Source of the DNA: a virus
IMG/VR virus record: IMGVR_UViG_3300025933_000001
Location: 1-64,000 of that record
Reading direction: 5' to 3' (one strand)
DNA length: 64,000 nucleotides
Shown here: positions 44,521 through 53,115 of the stretch, in pieces
How the letters are laid out: every line of letters begins with the position of its first letter
Position numbering within the stretch: position 1 is the stretch's first letter
Notes under the pieces: generated by a model
What the model saw: the letters and a program-made list of their open reading frames with translations, nothing else
The model's database searches: none
Told to the model about the DNA's origin: nothing
Made by a program: the position numbers and the translations under genes

Positions 44521-44842
44521 GAAGGGTGACAAGGTTGTTTGTGTTGATGCAGAGAATTCTTCTTTGTTATTGAAGAATGGAAATGTTTACACTGTGAAAG
44601 CTTTCGTAAGTAAAGAGATTTCAGTTAGTGGCGATGACGAAGTTATCCTTGAAGAGTTCGATAATATAGTGAGCGGGGGAGGATTTTTTACTACACGTTT
44701 TAAGCTGGCAGAAGAACAACCATCTAACAACTTCAAAATCACTGTAGAGAAAGCTGGAGATGTTGTACGTATTGAAGTAGAAGGTAAGGTGACAAAAGAG
44801 CAGATGAGTCATGTGTTGTCTTTGGTGGAGGTGTTGGGATGA
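44507..44842 (+). CDS. hypothetical protein with KOW/SH3-like module
   Basis: FKKGDKVVCVD...YTV...RFKL. Confidence 0.6.
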   Translation: MTTFKKGDKVVCVDAENSSLLLKNGNVYTVKAFVSKEISVSGDDEVILEEFDNIVSGGGFFTTRFKLAEEQPSNNFKITVEKAGDVVRIEVEGKVTKEQMSHVLSLVEVLG

Positions 44843-45060
44843 GCAAGATTAATATTGTTCATCTGTATGATGACAACGATTGCGAGCAGTGTGGAGGAAG
44901 CTATGCTGAAGGGTTTGAAGTGACAATTGATGGAGAGTCTTTTGGTAATTACATGCCTAAAGCTAGCTGTTGTGACAGCCGATCTTACGGTTTTGAAATT
45001 CTGTTAGAGCATTTGCTTAAGCATTTTGGACATGATGTTGAAATGGAGACAATGGTATGA
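44839..45060 (+). CDS. hypothetical protein
   Basis: DCEQCGGSYAEG. Confidence 0.6.
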   Translation: MSKINIVHLYDDNDCEQCGGSYAEGFEVTIDGESFGNYMPKASCCDSRSYGFEILLEHLLKHFGHDVEMETMV

Positions 45061-45141
45061 TGGTTAAAGTGGAAGGTAAGTGAAAACCATTTGAATATTT
45101 TATACACGTGGAGTATAATAACATCTTTATGGAGGTTAATT

Positions 45142-45792
45142 ATGTTAGTTAACGGTAAAGATGTTACGGAAAAGAAGTGTACAAAATGTGGTGAAGTTAA
45201 AAGTATTGATAATTTTAGTCCTACTAAGAGGTTTGAAGATGGGAGTATCAAATATGTCAGCAGTTGGTGTAATTGGTGTAAAAACGAGACCCAGTTACAT
45301 AAAAAGGGAGGAAGAGTAAAACCAATCCCTGTGGTTACAGATGAGGGGAAAGAATGTTTAGAGTGTCATGTTATAAAATCTTTTGACAATTTTTCTCCTG
45401 CAGCAAGAGGTAGGATGGGTGTTTCTGCTTATTGTAAACCTTGTATGAGTAGTAAGGCACAACGTAAACCTGAGTACAAGGAGAAGAACAGAGAGAGTAT
45501 GCGAAGTTACCGCAAACGCCATCAAGCACGTTGGAGAGCTAAACATCGACTACATCAATTCAAACGTAGGCAGAAAATTGAAGCGACAGACGACGGAACG
45601 GTAGACGATGTTGTTCTTGATATTATTTACCGTCTTGTGTACTGTTACTGGTGTCAGAAAGAGACTATTCCTGAGGAAAGAACATTGGAGCATATTAAAG
45701 AGCTATCCGAAGGCGGAGAACACACTTTAGATAACGTTGCCATGGCTTGCAGGTCATGCAATTCAGCAAGGAAAGGAAGAACAAAGAAATGA
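45142..45792 (+). CDS. HNH homing endonuclease with two N-terminal zinc-finger repeats
   Basis: KKCTKCGEVK / KECLECHVIK; TLEHIKELSEGGEHTLDNVAMACRSCN. Confidence 0.85.
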   Translation: MLVNGKDVTEKKCTKCGEVKSIDNFSPTKRFEDGSIKYVSSWCNWCKNETQLHKKGGRVKPIPVVTDEGKECLECHVIKSFDNFSPAARGRMGVSAYCKPCMSSKAQRKPEYKEKNRESMRSYRKRHQARWRAKHRLHQFKRRQKIEATDDGTVDDVVLDIIYRLVYCYWCQKETIPEERTLEHIKELSEGGEHTLDNVAMACRSCNSARKGRTKK

Positions 45793-46757
45793 AAGAAATT
45801 ATTGGCAAGGCAGGCATCTCAGCTAAGGTAATTTGTGACAGCATTAGCGAAGCAGGGGTACGGCTGATAACCTATGAGATTACCTATCCACGACTGGTAC
45901 TGAGTGAGGTCAACACCCATAGGATGCTATCTAAGAACTCTGCGAGTAGCCGTGCTATTCCGTTTGCTAAGATGAAGGAACAGCTTACGGGGAAGCCTGT
46001 ACGGTTTGGGCAAGCTAATCCGGGTATGCAAGATAAAGGGGAAGATTATGATGGCGTTGTAGCACACCCACGAGATAAGACAATTTTAATGACTCCTCAA
46101 GAAGCTTGGGAGAAAGCTAAAGAAGATGCTGTAGGTTGGTCTGAGGCTTATTACAATGCTGGATTTCACAAACAAGTTTTTAATAGATTAAGTGAAACAT
46201 TCCAGATGATGAAAACTGTACTGACAGGCACAGAGCTTGAGAATTACTTCTGGCTTAGAAATCACGATGCTGCTGATCCGTCAATTTCAGAACTCGCTCG
46301 TTGCATGTGGGAAGCTAGAGAAGATAGTAAGCCTAGGTTGTTGAAAGCTGGTGAGTGGCATTTGCCTTATATCACCACTTATCGACATAATGATGAGATT
46401 GTCTACTACATTCTTGACGAAAAGAACCACAAAGTAGAATTATTTTTAGAAGACGCCATCAAAGTAAGTTGTGCTCGATCTGCCGCAGTTTCCTTCAGGA
46501 ACACAGATTACGGTGTAGAGAAATCTCGTGAAGTGTTTGAAAGATTAGTAGGGGATGATCGTAAGCATGGTTCTGCCACAGAACACGTAGCAACGCCCTT
46601 AGCGTCAGAATTTGATGGAGAGTTCCCTTATGGGGCAACACATAAAGACAGGAATGGAGACTTCTGGTCCGGGAATTTCATGGGTTGGTTGCAATACAGG
46701 CAGACTATAAAAGGACACAACTATGCAAGAAAAGTCATCGATGTTGGATCAGCTTAA
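45789..46757 (+). CDS. thyX: flavin-dependent thymidylate synthase
   Basis: EVNTHRMLSKNSASSRAIP, HKQVFNRL, HGSATEH, SGNFMGWLQYR. Confidence 0.88.
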   Translation: MKEIIGKAGISAKVICDSISEAGVRLITYEITYPRLVLSEVNTHRMLSKNSASSRAIPFAKMKEQLTGKPVRFGQANPGMQDKGEDYDGVVAHPRDKTILMTPQEAWEKAKEDAVGWSEAYYNAGFHKQVFNRLSETFQMMKTVLTGTELENYFWLRNHDAADPSISELARCMWEAREDSKPRLLKAGEWHLPYITTYRHNDEIVYYILDEKNHKVELFLEDAIKVSCARSAAVSFRNTDYGVEKSREVFERLVGDDRKHGSATEHVATPLASEFDGEFPYGATHKDRNGDFWSGNFMGWLQYRQTIKGHNYARKVIDVGSA

Positions 46758-46815
46758 AGAGACATTCTACTATGATGAGACAAGTCCAAGCGGGTTAAGG
46801 TGGAAAGACGATTGA
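46723..46815 (+). pseudogene. 30-codon remnant of an HNH endonuclease N-terminus
   Basis: LKETFYYDETSPSGLRWKDD* with AAGGA RBS. Confidence 0.55.
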
Positions 46816-46825
46816 TGCAGAGGGT

Positions 46826-47026
46826 ATGAAGTATGCGGAGATGTACCTAGCAAAATATGATGGTGCTATAGGTACTGCAATTCGTCGTAAATTAGATGGT
46901 AAAGATGAGGTGTTGTGGTTCACTGGAGAGGGAAGTATTACGTCTATGAGTATTCAATATTTCTCTGCATACTACACAATTATTCGTCCCTACCAGCCCG
47001 GTGAACAACTGATTATTACAAGATAA
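46826..47026 (+). CDS. hypothetical protein
   Basis: GAGG RBS. Confidence 0.55.
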   Translation: MKYAEMYLAKYDGAIGTAIRRKLDGKDEVLWFTGEGSITSMSIQYFSAYYTIIRPYQPGEQLIITR

Positions 47027-47036
47027 GGAGCTTAAC

Positions 47037-47219
47037 GTGAATGTTAAAAGGTACGATACAGATGATTCACTACATGGAGCATTTATGACTGAACGTATTG
47101 ACGGAGATTATGTTTCTTACAATGACTATCTCGATTTGCATGATGAGCTTATTGATACACAACTGGAGCTAAGACGGTTGAGAGAAGTTATCAAGAATGT
47201 TTATCTTGAGTATTGTTAA
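47037..47219 (+). CDS. hypothetical protein
   Basis: VKRY...DGDYVSYNDY..L motif. Confidence 0.6.
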   Translation: MNVKRYDTDDSLHGAFMTERIDGDYVSYNDYLDLHDELIDTQLELRRLREVIKNVYLEYC

Positions 47220-47222
47220 GAT

Positions 47223-47453
47223 ATGAAAACATACCAAGAAATACTTGATGAAGTATTCTTGCAAATGCAACAATGTCGTACAACACCGACAAGATTGTAC
47301 GTGAGCGAGGATATTGAAAATATTATCACGGACTATGCAAGAAAGCACTGTATATATCCATCATACTTAGCAGAATATTGTGTGGTTCAGAAGGTGTACG
47401 GATTAACTATGTATGTAGTTAAAGATGAAACTAATCATGTAAAGGTTTGCTAA
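47223..47453 (+). CDS. hypothetical protein
   Basis: coupled ORF. Confidence 0.55.
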   Translation: MKTYQEILDEVFLQMQQCRTTPTRLYVSEDIENIITDYARKHCIYPSYLAEYCVVQKVYGLTMYVVKDETNHVKVC

Positions 47454-47454
47454 C

Positions 47455-47694
47455 ATGGAACAACTAAAAGGATTATATTTCTTCTTGATGTCTGAGGGAG
47501 AATATTCAGATTATGGTGTTAATGCTTTGTACGTATCTGATAAACCAATCACAGAGGAAGATTGGCATAACTTCTGCACAGCAGAGTCTGAGTTTAGAGA
47601 GAAGGTAGGAAAGCAGACTGTTACGGCAGCCTACTCTCCTTATGTACCGAGAATGGCAAAAGAAACGAGGTTCTTACGAAGAAATGTTTGCTAA
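47455..47694 (+). CDS. hypothetical protein (possibly frameshifted; alternative end 47746)
   Basis: SEGEYSDYGV motif. Confidence 0.5.
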   Translation: MEQLKGLYFFLMSEGEYSDYGVNALYVSDKPITEEDWHNFCTAESEFREKVGKQTVTAAYSPYVPRMAKETRFLRRNVC

Positions 47695-47754
47695 GGCTTA
47701 CAATTTGACGAAAGTGGATTATCAAGAGTTGTGGTTTAATTATTGAGGAGAGTA

Positions 47755-49521
47755 ATGGACAACAAGTGGGGTATTGATCTATCTTACGAACATAAAACTC
47801 CATGCCCTCGATGCCGTAAGAATGGTAGAGACACTTCAGGCAACAATCTACACGTGTACGGTGAGAACAATGGTGCATATTGCTGGTCATGTGAATTCAC
47901 CATACCAAGCAGGGTGCATCGTGAAGCTATGGGGTGGGATGATAACGAAGAAGAGGAAGAAGTGAGCACACGAGAAAAGATTACACCAGAAGAAAATACA
48001 AAGATTAAATCTTACACAGGGAACGATTGTAAAGGATGGAGGGGAATCAAGAAGGAGACTAACGCATTCTTCGGGGTACGTTATGAGTACGATGAGGAGA
48101 CTGGTGAACCTGTTAAGATGTTTGTACCTACTACAATCAACTACGAGTTGGTAGGATACAAGACACGGACATTTCCTAAAGACTTTACCAATCCTATTGG
48201 TATTGTAGGTAAGGACTGTGATTTAGTAGGAGAGTTTCGTTTCAAAGACCACACACGCACTTGTCTTATCGTCGGAGGTGAGACGAAGGTATTGTGTGCT
48301 TACCAGATGCTCAACGATGATCGTCTTAATCGTGGTAAAGAGGATTTTGAGTCTGTAGCAGTAGTAAGTCCTACAGTCGGTGAGAATGGTTGTGCAAAGC
48401 AGATTCAAGCACGCTATTCGTACTTTGATCGCTTCCAGAAAATCATCATTTGTATGGATGACGACCCCACCGGACAAGAGGCAAACAAAAAGATAGCTAA
48501 AGTATTACCAAAAGGTAAGGTTTATATTATGAAGATGCGGTATAAGGATGCTGACATCTACATTGAGAAAAACGATGAAAAAAGTTTTATCAAGGACTTC
48601 TGGAACGCAAAACCTTATACCCCGGATGGTATTGTTGCTAGTTCGGAGTTAAGTAGTAAGATTCGAGAGGCTGCTTTGATGCCTAAGATTCCGCTACCAC
48701 CTTTCATGCATAAGTTGCAAAAGATGATGGCAGGGGGTATACCTCTAAAAGTCATCATTAACCTAGCAAGTGCGAGTGGAACAGGTAAGTCTACTATCGT
48801 TGACGAATGCCTTTACTATTGGATTTTTAACTCTCCTTACCGTATAGGTGTGGTAACTCTTGAGTCAGATTGTGGGCAATGGGGTACAAAGATTCTTAGT
48901 AGGCATGTACAACGTAAAATCGATCTTATCGAGGATACTGAAGAGAAGATGACCTTTCTTGACAGTCCAGAGGTTCTTGAAAAGGAACGTGAGTTGTTCT
49001 TCAAAGAAGATGGTACACCTAGATTCCATCTTATCGAAGAGCGAGACGGCGGAATTGAATCGCTAAAGGAGTTAGTAAACAATCTTATTATTGCATGTGA
49101 TTGTCAAGTAATCATTCTTGATCCTTTGCAAGATATCTTAGATGGTATAAGTAACGAGGAACAGTCTGTGTTTATGCGTTGGATGAAGGGGATGGTTAAA
49201 AGCCATGATGTAACCTTTATCAACGTTAACCATGTACGTAAGAGCAGTGGAAATCAAAAGGCTAATTCTACAGGTGCTGAGATGCATGAAGAAGATATCA
49301 TGGGGTCTGGGTCGATTCTGAAAAGTGGAGCTTGTAATCTCCTCTTCACCCGTAATAAAGAGGCTGAAGACGAATTTGAGAAGAATACTACCAAGATGAA
49401 GGCTAGTAAGATTCGTTGGACAGGCCGGACAGGTGTAGCTGGAGAATACTATTACCACAATGATACGCATACACTGTGGGATAAGGATGATTACTTGATG
49501 ACACACCCTCAAGAATTCTAA
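47755..49521 (+). CDS. T7 gp4-type primase-helicase
   Basis: zinc finger CPRC...CWSC, TOPRIM (GGE, MDDD), SF4 helicase ASGTGKST, ILDP, HVRK, GSG. Confidence 0.93.
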   Translation: MDNKWGIDLSYEHKTPCPRCRKNGRDTSGNNLHVYGENNGAYCWSCEFTIPSRVHREAMGWDDNEEEEEVSTREKITPEENTKIKSYTGNDCKGWRGIKKETNAFFGVRYEYDEETGEPVKMFVPTTINYELVGYKTRTFPKDFTNPIGIVGKDCDLVGEFRFKDHTRTCLIVGGETKVLCAYQMLNDDRLNRGKEDFESVAVVSPTVGENGCAKQIQARYSYFDRFQKIIICMDDDPTGQEANKKIAKVLPKGKVYIMKMRYKDADIYIEKNDEKSFIKDFWNAKPYTPDGIVASSELSSKIREAALMPKIPLPPFMHKLQKMMAGGIPLKVIINLASASGTGKSTIVDECLYYWIFNSPYRIGVVTLESDCGQWGTKILSRHVQRKIDLIEDTEEKMTFLDSPEVLEKERELFFKEDGTPRFHLIEERDGGIESLKELVNNLIIACDCQVIILDPLQDILDGISNEEQSVFMRWMKGMVKSHDVTFINVNHVRKSSGNQKANSTGAEMHEEDIMGSGSILKSGACNLLFTRNKEAEDEFEKNTTKMKASKIRWTGRTGVAGEYYYHNDTHTLWDKDDYLMTHPQEF

Positions 49522-49618
49522 CAACATTACTTACGGTAAGTAGTCCTACTACCTATTTGCTAGAACTTGACATATTAGTGATTCGTGGTATATTATAGTC
49601 TTTAGATAGATAAATAGT

Positions 49619-50212
49619 ATGCCTACTTACATAAAAGAAGTACCAACAAAGGAGTGGTTGTTAGAACGTTTCTATGTTGAAGGTGGTTTCGTTTACTGGA
49701 AGCATAAGACGATTAGTAGAGGTCGGAAGAGTGAGAGGGGAGGTAAGCGTGTCAATACCTATATCGACGAATGTGGTTATTATAGAATTGGCATTGAACG
49801 TAAGACCTACCCTCTTAGTAGGATTATCTACCAAATGTATTACGGGGATTTAACACCAGAATATGAAGTAGATCATATAGACAGAGATAAGTTAAACAAC
49901 CACATTACCAACTTACGTAAAGTGTTGCAGGAGGTTAATAAGAGGAATAAGACTAAGCAAAAGAACGCAGGCTCTGATAACACAGGAGTTTGTCTTAACC
50001 GTAAGCACCATCCTGCACCACACCAAGATAAGTACTCTGACTACTACGTAGCAAGATGGTATGATGCAGATGGTGTACTACGAGGTAAGCACTTTAGAAT
50101 TGATAAACTTGGTGCTGAAGAAGCATATCGACAAGCTGTTGAATATCGAGCTAAAATGATCGAGCAATTGAATCAACAAGGTCTGAACTATTCAGATACA
50201 CACGGAACTTAA
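49619..50212 (+). CDS. HNH-AP2 homing endonuclease
   Basis: VDHIDRDKLNNHITNLR plus an AP2-like C-terminus; own promoter near 49567. Confidence 0.88.
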   Translation: MPTYIKEVPTKEWLLERFYVEGGFVYWKHKTISRGRKSERGGKRVNTYIDECGYYRIGIERKTYPLSRIIYQMYYGDLTPEYEVDHIDRDKLNNHITNLRKVLQEVNKRNKTKQKNAGSDNTGVCLNRKHHPAPHQDKYSDYYVARWYDADGVLRGKHFRIDKLGAEEAYRQAVEYRAKMIEQLNQQGLNYSDTHGT

Positions 50213-50224
50213 AGGAGAACCAAA

Positions 50225-50506
50225 ATGGCAACTAAAAAGCCTAGCGTAGCAACACAACTTAAAGCAGCGAAGAATGAAATTGCATTTCTCGCTAATGAGC
50301 TTGCAGCAGTAAAGAAAGCTAAAGAGAGTGCTGAATCAAACAAAGATTATTATTACAAGGAAAAGACCTCTCTTCAGAAAGAGTTATCAGATATTCACGA
50401 TCTTATCGATGTGCTAGAAGGTGCAATTCCTAAGCGTAAGGATGGAGAATATACAGACACTCCTGTAATGCTTCGATTGGCTTCTTGGTTGGCAAATAGG
50501 AAATAG
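50225..50506 (+). CDS. hypothetical coiled-coil protein
   Basis: AAGGAG RBS. Confidence 0.6.
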   Translation: MATKKPSVATQLKAAKNEIAFLANELAAVKKAKESAESNKDYYYKEKTSLQKELSDIHDLIDVLEGAIPKRKDGEYTDTPVMLRLASWLANRK

Positions 50507-50514
50507 GAAACTAA

Positions 50515-50862
50515 ATGACCTACAGCCTAAGTAGTGAAATCTCGCAAGATCATCCTAAACAAGAACTCTGGAAGCAACAACGTGAAGAACGAGGATTCGA
50601 TGACACAGAGCTTTGGAACTTAGATAGTACAATTGCTCAATTCATTCTCCCTCGATTGAAGAGGTTTAAGGAGATGACAGACAAGTACCCCAACCCTGAC
50701 TTCAGCAGTATGGAGGAATGGAATGAAGCTCTTGACAAAATGATTGGTGCGTTTCATTTCATGGTGGAAGAGAAGTATGGCTGTTTTGATGGGCCAATGT
50801 TTGAAGATGCTGAAGAGGGGTTGAGATTGTTTGCTCAGTATTTTGGTAATTTGTGGCTGTGA
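50515..50862 (+). CDS. hypothetical phage protein
   Basis: ELWNLDSTIAQFILPRLKRF...GLRLFAQYFGNLW. Confidence 0.7.
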   Translation: MTYSLSSEISQDHPKQELWKQQREERGFDDTELWNLDSTIAQFILPRLKRFKEMTDKYPNPDFSSMEEWNEALDKMIGAFHFMVEEKYGCFDGPMFEDAEEGLRLFAQYFGNLWL

Positions 50863-50875
50863 ATAAGGAGACTAT

Positions 50876-51628
50876 ATGAAGCTAATGAAATTTAAAGTGA
50901 AGAACCCAGAGCATTCTGCGGAGATTCAGAATGCATTGTTTAAGGCTGGATATGATTGGGCATGGCAAGCAAACAAGGGTGAGGTTATGTTTACCGAGTC
51001 TCCTTGGTTGTTTGCAGGTATAGGTGCAAAATACGATGAAGATGGTAATCCACGACAAAACGCAATAACTAGGGCTGACACAGATGATTGTTATGAATAT
51101 GAGGATCATGTAGAAATGTTTGTTGTGGATGGAGAGATTATGAGTAGAGAGCCTAAGTTTAAGGTTGGAGATAGGGTTGTTTGTGTTGACGATGATGATG
51201 GTTTTAATAACTACGTAAGACTAGATGAAACTTACACTGTTACTAAAGTGGAAGTTGACGACTATGAAACGTATGTTTATCTTGACGGAGTTGGTGATCA
51301 GGCATATGACGGATTTGTTGAATCTCGATTCGAGCTGGCTAAGAACGATCCAACCATAGGGCGTAGAATCACTGTAGATGAGATGCTAGATAACATTGCT
51401 AAGTCTACTCCGGGAGCTACACAAACTATTACTACGTTGGTTGATGAGTATATTGAGGAAAACAAAGAACCTATTGGCTTACGTCCTAAGAGTGTTGTAG
51501 ACAAAGAGCGTATCTTGGAGATTTTGCTAGCTATGGGGAGATTTGTAGATGCTGGTAAGGAAGTTCCTTATAAGTGGCGAGATGAGTTGGAAGATTTGTT
51601 TATAGAGGAAAATTATGTTACCAAATAA
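50876..51628 (+). CDS. multi-module hypothetical protein
   Basis: IQNALFKAGYDW module, FKVGDRVVCVD module, PIGLRPK...EILLAMGRF module. Confidence 0.7.
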   Translation: MKLMKFKVKNPEHSAEIQNALFKAGYDWAWQANKGEVMFTESPWLFAGIGAKYDEDGNPRQNAITRADTDDCYEYEDHVEMFVVDGEIMSREPKFKVGDRVVCVDDDDGFNNYVRLDETYTVTKVEVDDYETYVYLDGVGDQAYDGFVESRFELAKNDPTIGRRITVDEMLDNIAKSTPGATQTITTLVDEYIEENKEPIGLRPKSVVDKERILEILLAMGRFVDAGKEVPYKWRDELEDLFIEENYVTK

Positions 51629-52244
51629 ATTTGTTGTGTCTTGGAATGGAGGAGAAGAGTACAGCTCACTGGTGAGCAAGTTGTACAACCTTGGATACAA
51701 GTGGCAGGGTTCAAATGATGATGTAGCAATGGCCTGTCAAGAAGGTGTGATATATGCTTACGAGGATAAAGTTCTAAACTACACCAGTTTAGACTACTAT
51801 CTAAGGTATAAGAAGTGGCATGAAGACTTCGTTTTCCTTGAATCATTACCAGACATAAGCAATAAAGAAGATAATATGATTAAATCTAAAGAACTTGATC
51901 CAAACGGTATTAATCCTAACAAACCCGGAGCAAAGCTAGATGCTGGTAAAGCTCCTGTACGTCGAGGATTGCTAGAGTATTTCCCTCGTGCTTGTATGGC
52001 TGTAGCTCAAGTGAGTGCTTCAGGAGCTAAGAAGTACACATGGAATGGTTGGGAGTCTGTAGAGAATGGTATTGATCGCTACGGAGATGCTGAAGTAAGG
52101 CATATTTGTAAAGCTGTTATTGAAGGGCCAGTGGATAATGACTTTGGACATTTGCATGCTATGCACGAGGCTTGGGGAGCTTTAGCAAGGCTTGAGCTTA
52201 TTCTACGTAAGATGGAGGAAGAAGGTCATGCTAATCTTTACTAA
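51615..52244 (+). CDS. dATP/dGTP diphosphohydrolase-domain (DUF5664-like) protein
   Basis: GAKLDAGK, GAKKY..NGW, RY.DA..RH, GHLHAMHEAW.ALARLE; an internal start at MIKSK is possible. Confidence 0.75.
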   Translation: MLPNKFVVSWNGGEEYSSLVSKLYNLGYKWQGSNDDVAMACQEGVIYAYEDKVLNYTSLDYYLRYKKWHEDFVFLESLPDISNKEDNMIKSKELDPNGINPNKPGAKLDAGKAPVRRGLLEYFPRACMAVAQVSASGAKKYTWNGWESVENGIDRYGDAEVRHICKAVIEGPVDNDFGHLHAMHEAWGALARLELILRKMEEEGHANLY

Positions 52245-52398
52245 AATCCTACTCTCCATATTCCTACTATCAGGATTTGGAGCAATCTTTTCAGACATAG
52301 TTAAGCACGAGAAAGCTACTACTTTCTTCATAATTACTTACATCCTATCTGCTATGTGTCTAGCAGGAGAGGTTATATATTTTATGTGGAAGGCTTGA
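52228..52398 (+). CDS. small membrane protein
   Basis: two hydrophobic segments. Confidence 0.5.
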   Translation: MLIFTKILLSIFLLSGFGAIFSDIVKHEKATTFFIITYILSAMCLAGEVIYFMWKA

Positions 52399-52399
52399 T

Positions 52400-52876
52400 A
52401 TGAAAGAATTAGTAGGAAAAGTTGTTACTGGTATCTTTGTAAACGAGGATGAAAGTTTTCTTAAATTCGCTACAACAGAAGGGGATATCCTTTATCACGC
52501 TGAAGGCGATTGTTGCAGTGAAACTTGGTTTGCTGACATCATTTTTAGCTATCACGGAGTTTTTGATTCGTCAGGCGTATCAATACTTGTTTCAGAAGTA
52601 GAGGTACTTGATATACCAGAGTGGATGAATGGTTTAGCTACAAAAGATGGGCGATGCAGACAAGAATACGATCAGGTGTACGGCTACAAACTGAAGTTTA
52701 AGAGGCGAACGTATTACGGAAACGCTGACGAAGATATTGTAATTGTATATCGCAACTCTAGTAATGGATATTATGGCGGAGATTGTGAGTTTATCAAAGA
52801 CGAGAATCGACACTACTTTAAAGAACAATTAGATAGTGCAACTTGGACACAAATTACAGATGATTGGAGGGCTTAA
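52400..52876 (+). CDS. hypothetical phage protein
   Basis: GDCCSETW and RNSSNGYYGG motifs. Confidence 0.7.
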   Translation: MKELVGKVVTGIFVNEDESFLKFATTEGDILYHAEGDCCSETWFADIIFSYHGVFDSSGVSILVSEVEVLDIPEWMNGLATKDGRCRQEYDQVYGYKLKFKRRTYYGNADEDIVIVYRNSSNGYYGGDCEFIKDENRHYFKEQLDSATWTQITDDWRA

Positions 52877-53115
52877 ATGATCTTTACATTTGGCTTTATT
52901 ACGATGGTAGCATCGTTCTTTATCTGGTACGGCATTGGCATGCCTGTAAACACTAAAGTTGCTAAGTTTCTACAGTTTACAGGGGATGTTGGAGTGTTGA
53001 TGATGGTGATGTCTGTTTGTATGGCTATTTGGAAGTATATGCCGTAAGGATGTAATAAGCTTGCGTAATAGTGCTCTTATGTGGCATTATTACGCTTTTT
53101 AGTAAAGGGGGAGAA

